A stretch of 64,000 bases of DNA from an uncultured delta proteobacterium (GCA_963729715.1 CAVSPA010000006.1:96001-160000), one strand, 5' to 3'. Positions 19,701-29,636 are shown, counted from the first letter of the stretch. The notes: generated by a model from the letters alone, not told the origin. Numbers and translations are program-made.

Positions 19701-21368
19701 AAGAGACTGAAAGGTGAGGAAGTTCCCATTGTCTATGATTTCAGAGTTGTTTGCCAGGATGGAACCGTAAAGTGGCTTGAGCAGAAGGGAGTTGTTATTC
19801 AATGGGACAAAAGACCCGCCACTTTGAACTTCCTCAGCGACATCACCGAGCGCAAGCGAGCGGAGGATGAGTTGCGTGATTCAGAGGAGAAATATCGGTC
19901 TCTGGCCTCTACCGCAGATTTGATGTTTCTCGTGGACAGGGACTGTAGATACCTGTTCATGAATGAGAGATACGCAGAGCGGTTTGATCTTCCAATAGAA
20001 AAATTCATCGGTAGGATCTATGGTGATTTCCATTCAGAGGAAATAACAAAAACATTTTCTCAGATAATAGGGACAGTTCTACGCACCCGAGAATCAGTAC
20101 AGCATGAGTATAAGAGTGACAGAGACGGAAGGTTTTTCCTTCAAACATTGACTCCTGTTAAGGATCGAGAAGGAAAAGCAATAACTGCGGTGACAGTGTT
20201 ATCAAAAGACATCACTGAACGCAAGGAAGCTGAGAAAGCGCTGCGTCAGGCTGAGGCCGATTATCGGAGCATTTTTGAAAACTCCCAGGAAGGGATATAT
20301 CGGTCAACCTCTGAAGGGAAGTTTATAGCAGCCAATCAGTCTATGGCGAATATTTTGGGTTATGACTCTCCCGGGGATCTTATCAAAGGCATCACCGGCA
20401 TTACCCGTCAGATCTATGTATATCCGGAAGACCGTCAAGTATTATTAAAGATGGTTAAAGAACATGGATCTGTAAAAGGTTTTGAAACTCAATTTTACCG
20501 GAAGGATGGCAGCAAAATATGGGTATCCATAGCTATGCGCGATGTCCACGATACAGAGGGCATTGTCCAATATTATGAAGGTAGCAATGAAGATATTACC
20601 GCGAGAAAAGAAGCAGAGGAAAAATTGCTAAGGATTTTAAGCGAACTTCAGGAAACGAGGGATCAGCTGATTCGATCTGAGAAGCTTGCGGCCGCGGGTA
20701 CACTTTCGACAGGTGTTGCCCATGAGATACTGAATCCCGTCAACATCATATCCATAAAATTACAGCTTATAGGAATGACAGAAACCCTCTCTGATAAAGC
20801 AAAGTCAGACGTGGAAGTATGTAAAGATCAAATAGCGAGGATTACCAAAATAACCACAGCTCTGAATGAGTTTGCCCGTGTTTCAGTACAACAGGTAATT
20901 ACAGGTGATCTGAACCGGTTGATCGATGACATGGTTGTACTGGTTGCGCCCCGCTTGAAATTCGAAAATGTGAGAACGGCCATTCAATGTCAACCCGACC
21001 TTCCTCTAATCCAGATGGACAAAGGCAGGATGGGACAGGTCATCTTTAATCTGATCACTAATGCCCTCGATGCCATGCACAATAAAGAGGAAAAGACATT
21101 ACATATTTCAACAGAACTTAAAGACGAAAATATTATCCGGCTTGTCGTTTCCGATACCGGTACAGGAATGAAACCGGAGATTCTGAACAAAATCTTTGAT
21201 CCCTTTTTCACGACAAAAGAACCGGGGAGGGGAACCGGTCTGGGTCTTTCTATCTCATACGGGATCATCCAGGACCACGGTGGAAGGATCTGGGCCGAGA
21301 ACAATGAATGGGGAGGAGCATCATTTTTTATAGAACTGCCGATAAAACTCGGTAAAGCAGAAAATTAG
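16758..21368 (+). CDS. Membrane sensor histidine kinase (Cache, multiple PAS, GAF, HisKA/HATPase)
   Basis: Two TM segments, repeated DITERK PAS ends, AHEILNP, NALDAM, DTGTG, GTGLGL. Confidence 0.93.
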   Translation: MTTPPEDPPSSTVQESASSASNKPQTLSAWIRRPQAIVFTLIGLFILTCGIYISLGYRHFESTRRNALLADKTMANLLAVVIEEHERAVIGILQSYAGRPLFIEIVKRKDPVAARRHLAELKKQHEIDFTLVTDKNGVSWANYPVFPEVIGKDLSHLDWYKGISSNWKPYISTVLKLVVLDKPLAIVICVPVFDEKGRPIGILSSSQRLTFLSDIIQQVPFNPYTGVTVIDRTGHILYNNKYPQQKENTEYASYSIIEQALKERRQQVELTDPQKGQAKSYLAVVPIEGIGWTVIVERGLKDIFRSEYKNYIMTGAFPLLLFLLVSFFLVYSRKVFLFRKTEELLQAEVRFRSLFESMSSGVTIYQATDDGEDFIILDHNEAAQRITHVYKDFIGKSVSALFPGVKDFGLLQVFQQVWRTGKAEFFPSALYKDDRLTYWAENYVYKLPSGEIVTIFDDVTEHKQAEDDLQESEEKYRVFFETSRDCVFITSKDGSWIDFNDAAVQFFGYESRDELKEVKIQHLYHDEQDRKRHTQEITQRRFSRDYAVDLRKKDGSIIHTLITSVPKKDKSGEIIGYQGTIKDVTDQRRAEEVLKEAFNFLQQLIDALPMPLFYKDSKGIYLGCNKAFEQFFGRKRGEITGKSVYDISPKELAGIYHEQDMALLQSQGVQIYESSVNDTGGVHHDVIFHKATFPNVDGSVGGLIGAILDITERKQAEQSQALVNRILEILNNPGEIINLIRNILLLLKEHTGIEAIGVRLREAEDFPYYETNGFPPHFIESEKYLCARDDAGEIMCDSHGIPCLECICGNVICGRTDPALPFFTEGGSFWTNSTTKLLASATEEDRKTWTRNRCHSEGYESVALIPLRSGEEIIGLLQLNDKQPDRFTLGMIQSLEGIGTSIGIALHRLQAEQAIGKSEEKYRLVVDNAAEAIIITQDEKLVFVNSATEDIIGYSAAILTSRSFIDFIHPDDRNTVVGYHIKRLKGEEVPIVYDFRVVCQDGTVKWLEQKGVVIQWDKRPATLNFLSDITERKRAEDELRDSEEKYRSLASTADLMFLVDRDCRYLFMNERYAERFDLPIEKFIGRIYGDFHSEEITKTFSQIIGTVLRTRESVQHEYKSDRDGRFFLQTLTPVKDREGKAITAVTVLSKDITERKEAEKALRQAEADYRSIFENSQEGIYRSTSEGKFIAANQSMANILGYDSPGDLIKGITGITRQIYVYPEDRQVLLKMVKEHGSVKGFETQFYRKDGSKIWVSIAMRDVHDTEGIVQYYEGSNEDITARKEAEEKLLRILSELQETRDQLIRSEKLAAAGTLSTGVAHEILNPVNIISIKLQLIGMTETLSDKAKSDVEVCKDQIARITKITTALNEFARVSVQQVITGDLNRLIDDMVVLVAPRLKFENVRTAIQCQPDLPLIQMDKGRMGQVIFNLITNALDAMHNKEEKTLHISTELKDENIIRLVVSDTGTGMKPEILNKIFDPFFTTKEPGRGTGLGLSISYGIIQDHGGRIWAENNEWGGASFFIELPIKLGKAEN

Positions 21369-21389
21369 CCTTCAGAAAGGAGAAGAATT

Positions 21390-21770
21390 GTGAAAAAATT
21401 TCAGGGAAGAATTTTGGTTGTCGATGATGAAGAAGAGGTGTTAAACACCCTGAAGGAATTTTTAACAGTCAAGGGATATGAGGTTCATACCGCGAGGGAT
21501 GGTTTAGAGGCTATTGAAAAGATGAAAGAAGTAAGGCCACATGTCGTTTTTCTTGACATCATTATGCCCGGGATGGGTGGTATTGATGCCCTGAAGGAAA
21601 TAAAGAAAATTGATCCCCTGGTAGGGGTAATCATGGCAACTGCCGTTACGGATGAGGAACTGGGCAAAAGGACCCTTCAGCTGGGTGCTTATGATTATAT
21701 CACAAAGCCTTTTGATCTGAACTACATTGAAACAGTCGTGCTGGTTAAGATAATTCAGATTATGGGTTAG
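21390..21770 (+). CDS. Single-domain response regulator
   Basis: ILVVDDE, LDIIMP, KPF. Confidence 0.92.
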   Translation: MKKFQGRILVVDDEEEVLNTLKEFLTVKGYEVHTARDGLEAIEKMKEVRPHVVFLDIIMPGMGGIDALKEIKKIDPLVGVIMATAVTDEELGKRTLQLGAYDYITKPFDLNYIETVVLVKIIQIMG

Positions 21771-21806
21771 GGCTATAACTACTCCCTTAAATCTATTCCT
21801 TTTTAT

Positions 21807-22202
21807 TTATGAGCTGCCCCGAACCCGCCGGACGAGGATCTGAATACATTTTATGCTGGCAGAACTTGCTAGGATACTCGGATTTCTGTTTTTAAAGCTA
21901 TTGCGCACGAAAACATATTCGGCCGCTGTGGCAATATCCATGTGTCCGGCCATTAGAGCCTTGACACAGGCGACACCCGAATCGTATTTCTTGATCGTTA
22001 AATCAAGGCCATATTCCTTAAAGTATTCTCTGTTTTCGGCGACCCAGATGAGCGTTGGAAATTTGTTGGGATAGGCACCGATGATGATCTTGTCGCTTGG
22101 CCCCTGATACTTGCTTGCATCCTTCTGGTTGATCCGCGCCATACAGGCGATCCCGAGAATCACCGCTATCATCAGAATGACAATTTTCTTTTTTAGTGTC
22201 GT
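21807..22202 (-). pseudogene. Truncated SsuA/NrtA-type ABC substrate-binding protein
   Basis: Signal-like N-terminus with ACG at the probable start, IWVAENREYF..YGLD, GHMDIATAAEY; ends prematurely. Confidence 0.6.
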
Positions 22203-22301
22203 ATAGACTGCAATAATAGAATCAGGGGATGTGCAGGGTCCTCAAGTCCAGAGACATCCTCAACATCACCTTTCATATCACAATGGGCCTTTACGGATCA
22301 T

Positions 22302-22679
22302 TCAATCAGGCAGAATGGTTTTGATTTTCATGATCACCTCCTTTATAGAAACGGGCTTGGCAATGAAATTCTGGCCCCCGATTAACCCCTCGCTCCTTTT
22401 GATCTCGGCCTGTTGCACAATGGCCGTTACGAATATAATGGGGATCGATTTGGTCGAGGCATCTTCAGCCAATGCTTCCGCCACCTGGGGGCCTACGATA
22501 TCGGACATCAGGATATCCAACAATATGATGTCCGGTTTTTTTGTCTTTGCTAGTGCGATGCCCTCTTTTCCATTCGTGGCGGTCCATACGTGAAATCCAC
22601 CCACAGACTCCAATCCTTGCTTGATGGTACGGCAGTATTCCACTTCGTCATCGATAACCAGAATCTTTTTTCTAGCCAT
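22302..22679 (-). CDS. Single-domain response regulator
   Basis: ILVIDDE, PDIILLD, IPIIFVTA, KP. Confidence 0.9.
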   Translation of the reverse strand: MARKKILVIDDEVEYCRTIKQGLESVGGFHVWTATNGKEGIALAKTKKPDIILLDILMSDIVGPQVAEALAEDASTKSIPIIFVTAIVQQAEIKRSEGLIGGQNFIAKPVSIKEVIMKIKTILPD

Positions 22680-22744
22680 TGTATTACCTCTTTCAATGTC
22701 AATAAGGTCCTTTACACAATCCTCCGCGATTTCTTTAGTCTGTC

Positions 22745-24754
22745 TTAACGTCCATCGGCGATAATCTGTGCCGTTTGCCCGTCGGGGAGATGAGGCGCCA
22801 GCAATTCCACGATAAAGGTCGCCCCACCCCGTTTTCTGTTCTCAACCCAGATCCTTCCACCGTGGTCCTGGATGATCCGGTATGAGATAGAAAGGCCCAA
22901 CCCGGTCCCTTTTCCCTCTTCCTTCGTCGTAAAGAAGGGATCAAAAATCCTGCTGAGAATTTCCTGAGGGATACCCGTGCCGGTATCGGAAAAGGAAAAT
23001 CTCACAACGTTCTTGTCCGTAAACTCTGTGACAACCCGTAATACCCTCTCCGGTCTGCTTTTCATGGCATCAATGGCATTATTGATCAGGTTTAGGATGA
23101 CCTGCCCAATTCTGTCCTTGTCCATGGGCACTAAGGGAAGATCGGGCTGGTATTGAAGATCCTTCTTTATGTCATCGAATTTCAACCTGGGTCCCATGAG
23201 GTTTAAGACCTGTTCTATCAGCTCGTTTAGATTTACCGGCCTGATATTCTTTTCAGTCACTCGGGCAAACTGGTTTAGATCACTTGATATTTTAGTCACC
23301 CTTTTAACTTGTTCGTGGCAGGTCTTAAATCCTTCCCTGACCTTTTCAGAAAGGTCTTCATCCATTTCCATGATTTGCAACTTCATATCGATGATATTGA
23401 TGGGGTTAAGGATCTCATGGGCAACACCGGCAGCCAGTTGCCCCACGGCGGCGAGCTTCTCCGAGCGAATCAGCATGTCCCGGGAAGCCAAAAGTTCTTT
23501 TTCCGCCCTCTTACGCTCCGTGATATCGAGAATGGCCCCGATCAAACCGCCAACTGAACCATCTATTTCGGGGAATGTTGCCTTATGGAAGATCACATTA
23601 TGAACAACTCCCCCCGTGTCTTTTACCGAAGATTCATAAATTTGTGTTTTTTGACTCTGCAATAGAGCCATATCCTGTTCATGATAGATATCAGCAAGTT
23701 CTTTCGGGGAGATATCGTAGACCGATTTGCCGGTAACCTGTTCCTTTTTCTGTCCAAAGAATTGTTCGAAGGCTCTGTTGCATCCCAGATATCTGCCCTC
23801 TGAATCCTTGTAAAATATCGGCACCGGCAGTGCATCAATCAACTGTTGCTGGAAATTAAGCGCTTTATTTAAAGCCTCCTCCGCCCGCTTGCGTTTCGTA
23901 ATATCACGGGCGACGGAAATGACACCTAAAATCTTGTCTTCACGCATTAAGGGGGATCCACTGACTTCACAATACTTTATGGTTCCATCCTTTGCGATAA
24001 CCCGGTAAATCGTCGCCGGAATTACCTCACCCTTTAAGATCAAACTCATATCGCCTATGATCTGCTCAAAAGATTCCGGCGTAAGGATATATCCTAAATC
24101 GGAAACAGGTCGGCCAATGAAATCTTGTGGTTTATACCCCAATATTCTCTCCACACTTGGAGACACGGTTAACACATTGAGATCGTTGTCAATCGTATAA
24201 ATAACATCCGTTGCATTCTGAAAAGATAAACGATACCTCTCCTCCGATATCCTCAACTTCTGATTTGCAATTTCCAGATCTGACATTTTCTTTTCAAGTT
24301 TTTTGAACAGGATTTCATTATGCCGCCTGAAGGACTCCATTTCTTCACCGAGAGGCTTGGTCACTGCTTGCCTTGCCGTATATTTTTCTTCCAACACATC
24401 TTTCAACATATTCATAAAAATATCCGGTTCCTGGGGTTTGATGATGAATCGATCCGCCCCGAGGCTTAACGCAAACTCCTCGTCTTTAGGTTCGGTATAT
24501 GTGGCGGTGTAAAATACCAGGGGTATATGTTTAAGCGTATCATCTGATTTCCATTCCCGGCATAAGGCGTAGCCGTCAATCACGGGCATTAGAATATCTG
24601 TGACAATCAGGTCAGGAGGATTGAGACGGGCCTTATTCAGGGCATCCTTGCCGTCTTCCGCTGAAGTTACTTCAAAACCGTATCCCTTCAGCAGGGTTTC
24701 CAGCATATATAGATTAGTGCTGTTATCGTCGACAATTAAAACTTTCTTTATCAT
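22745..24754 (-). CDS. REC-PAS-PAS histidine kinase
   Basis: N-terminal receiver, two PAS, AHEILNP, GTGLGL. Confidence 0.92.
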   Translation of the reverse strand: MIKKVLIVDDNSTNLYMLETLLKGYGFEVTSAEDGKDALNKARLNPPDLIVTDILMPVIDGYALCREWKSDDTLKHIPLVFYTATYTEPKDEEFALSLGADRFIIKPQEPDIFMNMLKDVLEEKYTARQAVTKPLGEEMESFRRHNEILFKKLEKKMSDLEIANQKLRISEERYRLSFQNATDVIYTIDNDLNVLTVSPSVERILGYKPQDFIGRPVSDLGYILTPESFEQIIGDMSLILKGEVIPATIYRVIAKDGTIKYCEVSGSPLMREDKILGVISVARDITKRKRAEEALNKALNFQQQLIDALPVPIFYKDSEGRYLGCNRAFEQFFGQKKEQVTGKSVYDISPKELADIYHEQDMALLQSQKTQIYESSVKDTGGVVHNVIFHKATFPEIDGSVGGLIGAILDITERKRAEKELLASRDMLIRSEKLAAVGQLAAGVAHEILNPINIIDMKLQIMEMDEDLSEKVREGFKTCHEQVKRVTKISSDLNQFARVTEKNIRPVNLNELIEQVLNLMGPRLKFDDIKKDLQYQPDLPLVPMDKDRIGQVILNLINNAIDAMKSRPERVLRVVTEFTDKNVVRFSFSDTGTGIPQEILSRIFDPFFTTKEEGKGTGLGLSISYRIIQDHGGRIWVENRKRGGATFIVELLAPHLPDGQTAQIIADGR

Positions 24755-25143
24755 TGTCCTTTCCTCTGTTGATCTCTTATTATTAAATGTTGTTCAACTT
24801 GTGCCACAAAGGTGTCCGGATCAATTGGTTTCTCTATATATCCATTACAGCCGGCTTCCATTACCTTTTCCCGGTCACCGGACATTGCGTAGGACGTCAC
24901 TGCAACAATGGGCGTGTTTGCAAGGTCTGGATTCTGCCTTAGGTTGCGGGCGACAGCGTAACCGTCCATTACAGGCAACTGGATATCCAGGAGGATCAAG
25001 TCAGGTTCGAGCAAAGCCGCCATTTCAATGCCCGATTTACCATCCATCGCAGCGAAGACCTCATAGTCGCGCTGTTCAAGAATAAACCTGACAAGATAAA
25101 GATTCTGCTCATTATCTTCTATTACAAGGATTTTTCCTTTCAT
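24751..25143 (-). CDS. DivK-like single-domain response regulator
   Basis: IEDN, LDIQLP, AVTSYAM, KPI. Confidence 0.92.
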   Translation of the reverse strand: MKGKILVIEDNEQNLYLVRFILEQRDYEVFAAMDGKSGIEMAALLEPDLILLDIQLPVMDGYAVARNLRQNPDLANTPIVAVTSYAMSGDREKVMEAGCNGYIEKPIDPDTFVAQVEQHLIIRDQQRKGQ

Positions 25144-28025
25144 ACATCTTTCCTCTCCTTAGGCAGGGAAAAACTAAAGGTGCTTCCCAAACCCCATGCG
25201 CTTGTCACCCGGATTTTACCCCCCATCAGCTCAACAAGTTTTTTACAGATGGAAAGACCCAGACCCGTGCCTTCATATTTTCGGGTAATTCCCGAATCGA
25301 TTTGTTGAAAGGCCTGAAAAATTGTTTCCATGTCTTCAGTCTTGATGCCAATGCCGGTGTCAATAACCCTTATAGTTACGTTGTTCCCTTCCGGTTCGCA
25401 TTCTATTTTTACCGAACCTTTTTCTGTAAACTTTATGGCATTGCTAATCAAATTCAGAAGAATCTGCTCTACTCGCCTGTGATCGCCGGTTATTGATTCA
25501 ATTTCGGGAGAGATTGCACATGTAAGTTCAAGCCCCTTTTTGCCTGTAAGTGGACGTGCACTCTCCACAGCCTTTTCTATCGTGTGACGCAGGTCAAAAT
25601 TTTCATATGCTACCTGCAACTGTCCTGCTTCAATCTTGGATATATCAAGGACATCATTGATCAGCGAAAGCAGGTGCTGAGCGCTGTCGCGCACCATGTT
25701 CAGTTGTTTTTTCTGCTCATCATTTAACGGGCCAACTCGCTCTCGCAGAATGATACCCGTGAAGCCTATGATTGAGTTAAGAGGTGTGCGCAATTCGTGC
25801 GACATGGTAGCCAGGAAAGCGGATTTTAATCTGTCAGCCACTTCGGCGTGTTCTTTTGCAATACCAAGTTCCTCAAATGCGTTACGCAACTCTTTTTCTG
25901 TCTCTATAAGTTTGGTAATATCGTTACCAACAGATAGTATTTCCAGGACCTTTCCTGTCTCATCAAATATTGATTTATTGGCCCAGGCAACCCAAACACG
26001 CTCGCCATTCTTCCGTATGTTCTCATTTACATTTCTAACATATGCTTCCGGATTCAATGCGATATCTTCCGCAAGCGAAGATAGATCTCGTCCTGTTGAT
26101 TCTTCTGGAGGGACTATAGTATCCAAGATATTTTTACCGATAATCTCTTGTTCACGATAGCCGAAAAAGTCTTGGGCATACCTATTAAAAAATGTGATTC
26201 GTCCATCCGCTAGCCAGCGTATAATTATACTATTGGCACTCTCAACAAGGTTACGATATTTGGCTTCGCTTTGAATAAGCATCTGTTCAATACGAATACG
26301 GTCCTCGATTTCTATTTTAAGCCTATCATTCGCGTCTATAAGTTCTGCAGTACGCTTCCTGACCATGCTCTCTAATTGTTCGCGGTGTTCAATCAATTCT
26401 TGTTCCAACTGTTTATGCTCACTAATATCGCGGATCGATTCGATGGCGCCCACGGGATTGCCCTTGCTGTCATAAAGGGGACCTGCCATTGCTGAAAGGG
26501 CCAACTTTTTCCCCTTAATGACACGCATGTTCGATTCCGCCACGAGCGTGCTCCCATTTTTTTTTATAGAGAAATAGTTCTTTGCGGCCTCCTCATTCCA
26601 GGTATAAACAAAATCAATCAATATGGGCTGTCGTTTCTCAAAAAAAGGCAGGGCATATTCGTAGTTACCCTTTCCAATCATTTCTACGGCAGGGAACCCT
26701 GTCATGTCTTCGATTGCCCGGTTCCACGCAATAATGCTGCCCTCACGATCTATAGCAAATGTGGCATCAGGCAGAAAATCAATAATTGCCGCCAACTTCT
26801 GCTCGGAGTCTTTAAGCTTAATAGTTAACCTTCGCCCCTTGATGATGTTGATTATAAGGAAAACAATTAATGCTCCCTGAAAAAGGAAGGCCATCAGCAC
26901 GAGAATGATCATTTTAAGATTCTCTTCCCAGAAGGATGGTGTCCTGTAACGGATAATACTGCCTTCCGGGAGAATGCTTACTGGTACATTCCATTTTTTT
27001 AGCTGCCGCCAGTCGTAGATGTCGTGTAATTCCGCAGTTATTTTTACCTGCTGTACTTTTTGATCTCCGGCATGGATCAGTGCGTGAACAGCCGCGGCAA
27101 TAGTTTCGCCATATGAATCGGCACTTGAAAGTTTTCCGCCAACAATCCCGTGACCGAGTACAGTATCGTAAAAACTGAATATGGGAGCGTTGGCACGTTT
27201 TATGACAGCGTCCATGACTTCAACCGTCGTTAAATACTTTCCATCTTTATCCCGCACATAAGTTAACATAAGGACGGCAGAATGGGCCGGAAGGCGTGAT
27301 AGATTTTCTGTAAGCTCATTTGCCGGAATGCCTGTAAGATAGGTTACTGTACCCAGCCAGTTTACGTCCTTTATGGCTTGTTGAGTCTTCGCGACGTAAG
27401 CCAGATCATCGGCGCCGATGCCGGAAACAACAACGAGATGTTTCGTCTCAGGGAAAAAGCGCGAGATCCGCTCGATGTTAGCCCTAATATCCGAAACACC
27501 CTCAACAATACCCACCCTTGGCTGCGCAAGAATTTGTTTAATCTGGGCGCTTTCCGGTAGCGCATAGACTTTGGGCACATCCGGAAAAACTTCTTCGCCA
27601 TGCTGAAGAAGAAAACCGCTGCTGGTCGGCATGATGCCAACTACCAGGTCGGGCTTTGCCCGTGCATATTTCATCCGCAGCAGCCTTATAAGAGTCGTAA
27701 CAAATTCAGGATCAGAGATAGTATCGCTCCCGATGTACTCGTAACTTATCTTCGTTTCAGGGGACATCAACGCTGATATGCGACCTCTAAAGGCTGCATT
27801 CAAGATTGAAAACCATTCAGTAACATATGGTTGTGATGTGATAATGAGAACATGATGTTCCTTTGCGTTATTGGTTTGTGTGACCGTCCTTTCTTGATTA
27901 TTTTCGAGGGGCACGTTGCCAATTTTTTTATGATCCTGCTGCCCAAATGATACCTGACTGTAGAAACAGATGAGGAACAAAAGAGCAGTAAACAGAGAAA
28001 GGATATGTTTGATATAGCAGTTCAT
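25140..28025 (-). CDS. Sensor histidine kinase with extracytoplasmic substrate-binding-like domain and two PAS
   Basis: Signal peptide, G.GIVGG and DWRQLKKW motifs, TM, SHELRTPL, GTGLGL. Confidence 0.92.
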   Translation of the reverse strand: MNCYIKHILSLFTALLFLICFYSQVSFGQQDHKKIGNVPLENNQERTVTQTNNAKEHHVLIITSQPYVTEWFSILNAAFRGRISALMSPETKISYEYIGSDTISDPEFVTTLIRLLRMKYARAKPDLVVGIMPTSSGFLLQHGEEVFPDVPKVYALPESAQIKQILAQPRVGIVEGVSDIRANIERISRFFPETKHLVVVSGIGADDLAYVAKTQQAIKDVNWLGTVTYLTGIPANELTENLSRLPAHSAVLMLTYVRDKDGKYLTTVEVMDAVIKRANAPIFSFYDTVLGHGIVGGKLSSADSYGETIAAAVHALIHAGDQKVQQVKITAELHDIYDWRQLKKWNVPVSILPEGSIIRYRTPSFWEENLKMIILVLMAFLFQGALIVFLIINIIKGRRLTIKLKDSEQKLAAIIDFLPDATFAIDREGSIIAWNRAIEDMTGFPAVEMIGKGNYEYALPFFEKRQPILIDFVYTWNEEAAKNYFSIKKNGSTLVAESNMRVIKGKKLALSAMAGPLYDSKGNPVGAIESIRDISEHKQLEQELIEHREQLESMVRKRTAELIDANDRLKIEIEDRIRIEQMLIQSEAKYRNLVESANSIIIRWLADGRITFFNRYAQDFFGYREQEIIGKNILDTIVPPEESTGRDLSSLAEDIALNPEAYVRNVNENIRKNGERVWVAWANKSIFDETGKVLEILSVGNDITKLIETEKELRNAFEELGIAKEHAEVADRLKSAFLATMSHELRTPLNSIIGFTGIILRERVGPLNDEQKKQLNMVRDSAQHLLSLINDVLDISKIEAGQLQVAYENFDLRHTIEKAVESARPLTGKKGLELTCAISPEIESITGDHRRVEQILLNLISNAIKFTEKGSVKIECEPEGNNVTIRVIDTGIGIKTEDMETIFQAFQQIDSGITRKYEGTGLGLSICKKLVELMGGKIRVTSAWGLGSTFSFSLPKERKDV

Positions 28026-28235
28026 AAGGTAAGCCCTATTAATGAATATAATAGAAATCTACATTGCTGAATATCGTCTCTCCCTGTTTCCACAGACGAC
28101 CCCCGAGAAGGAATACATTGGAATTTGTAAAACATGCACCCCTTTTTTGATATCCAAATTGGGATGGCCATTTTCTTAGGTCATAATTAAAAGATATATT
28201 GTCAATAATATAATCCCTCTAATAGGTATCTTTCT

Positions 28236-28345
28236 TCAAAACAAAACCCCGCTCTCTTTTGAGAAACGGGGTTTCGGTAATCTCTTCATGGCACCACCTT
28301 TATAAAAATGGTTGAGATTAGTTGTTAACCATTTGACGATGCCCT
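28236..28345 (-). promoter_or_regulatory. Candidate structured cis-regulatory leader (two stems, pseudoknot, uORF, terminator)
   Basis: GGCATCGTC/GGTGGTGCC, AAATGGTT/AACCATTT, loop TAATCTC with GAGATTA, then AAACCCCG...CGGGGTTT-TGTTTT. Confidence 0.55.
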
Positions 28346-28409
28346 ATTTAAATACACTTTTTTTCCTGCTCCTAATTCCTTGAAAAGTCAAGAGATATTT
28401 TATTTATCT

Positions 28410-28595
28410 GTCAAAACCACTGACAATGTCAGTGGTGGGGCGTGGGGGCGTAGGCCCCACACCTTAAGTGAACCAACAATGTTGGTGAGGAATGTTTTAG
28501 AGTAGTTGTTTCAATCCTTATCAGGCAAGGCGAAGGACAATGTCCGTAGGCTTGCCGCATTTTGAAGGCCACCGACAAGGTCGGTGGTAGTTTAC
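28410..28595 (+). mobile_element. Non-autonomous IS200/IS605-like miniature element
   Basis: Related subterminal hairpins ACCACTGAC-AAT-GTCAGTGGT (28416) and CCACCGAC-AAG-GTCGGTGG-TAGTTTAC (28569); no transposase between them. Confidence 0.6.
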
Positions 28596-28801
28596 TGATA
28601 ACCATTTGAAAGCTGTCATAAACCCTGAAATCTCATTTCTATTGATAACAAGGAAGAAGTAAATGCTGTATCCACCCACAAAGTGAGGAGATAGATACAT
28701 ACCTTCTGCATGGCGAGCGCCTGTTGAGTTTGAAAAGAGTCCAAACATCAAGAGAGCGCGGAGACGGATCTCTTGGGAAGGATCTGCGGCAACGGAGGTC
28801 T

Positions 28802-29500
28802 TTAAGGATTAATTCTTCGAAACATATCGGTGGCAATTATCCTTGAAATGATCTCTTGTTGCAGCTGAATTGACTTCTCAATTTTTGTCAGACGCGTCTG
28901 AAGTGCATTTTGCGTGAGTCGTGTCCGTTGCTTCTTCTCTAATTTTTCAGCCTCTAAATCCAGCTTCCTCTTGCGCAATTCATATTTCTTCTGAAATATT
29001 TCGTTCTTCTTATTCAACTGATCTCTGTATAACTCCCGCCATCTTTGGGAATTCTCCAGCTTTTTGTTACTTAGTTCTTTAAGAAGTTCGCGCTTCTTCT
29101 GTCTCTCCAAAAGAGTCTGGGCTTTCATATCTAGTTGCCTTTGGCGCAGCTCGCGATTCTTTTGTTTCTCCAGGAGAAATTCTTTTAGAAAGTATATGGC
29201 GATTTGCCTATAGAAATCATTTTTCACAGTTACGACTGATTCATTATCGTTGATCTCGAGCTCAGCCGGTACTATGTACCTGTCTAATATATTATCACCC
29301 TGTTCATCGACTTGGCTGACCTCCTTCTTCTTGCGGAAGTATTCCGTTATTCGTCTATTCTTAGCCTTTCTTATAGAACGATGTATTTGATTTATATCGT
29401 CTCGATCAGTTTCCAGGAGATGAAGCCATACATCTTGAAAGGCATCACCATTCAAAGGAATATGCTCCTTTATTATTCTTGATATCTCCCTTACATCCAT
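28802..29500 (-). CDS. Hypothetical protein, possible sigma region 2-like N-terminus and charged coiled coil
   Basis: 232 aa, GGAGGG RBS, DAFQDVWLHLLE, K/E/Q/R-rich heptads. Confidence 0.65.
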   Translation of the reverse strand: MDVREISRIIKEHIPLNGDAFQDVWLHLLETDRDDINQIHRSIRKAKNRRITEYFRKKKEVSQVDEQGDNILDRYIVPAELEINDNESVVTVKNDFYRQIAIYFLKEFLLEKQKNRELRQRQLDMKAQTLLERQKKRELLKELSNKKLENSQRWRELYRDQLNKKNEIFQKKYELRKRKLDLEAEKLEKKQRTRLTQNALQTRLTKIEKSIQLQQEIISRIIATDMFRRINP

Positions 29501-29636
29501 AATCCCTCCATCATTACTAGATTAAAGATATTCAGAGGTTTGGTCGATAAAGATATACAGCGGTCCTTCGTGATTTAGGCCGTGAAATAGTCACAGAAAT
29601 ATCGTTTCGTACCACCGATGAGGAACAGGATGCCTA

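Noticed and set aside
28236..28345. c-di-GMP-I riboswitch call
   Set aside because: Only the TTACCGAAA tail is similar; GYAAAC, the GNRA tetraloop and GCAAAGC are absent
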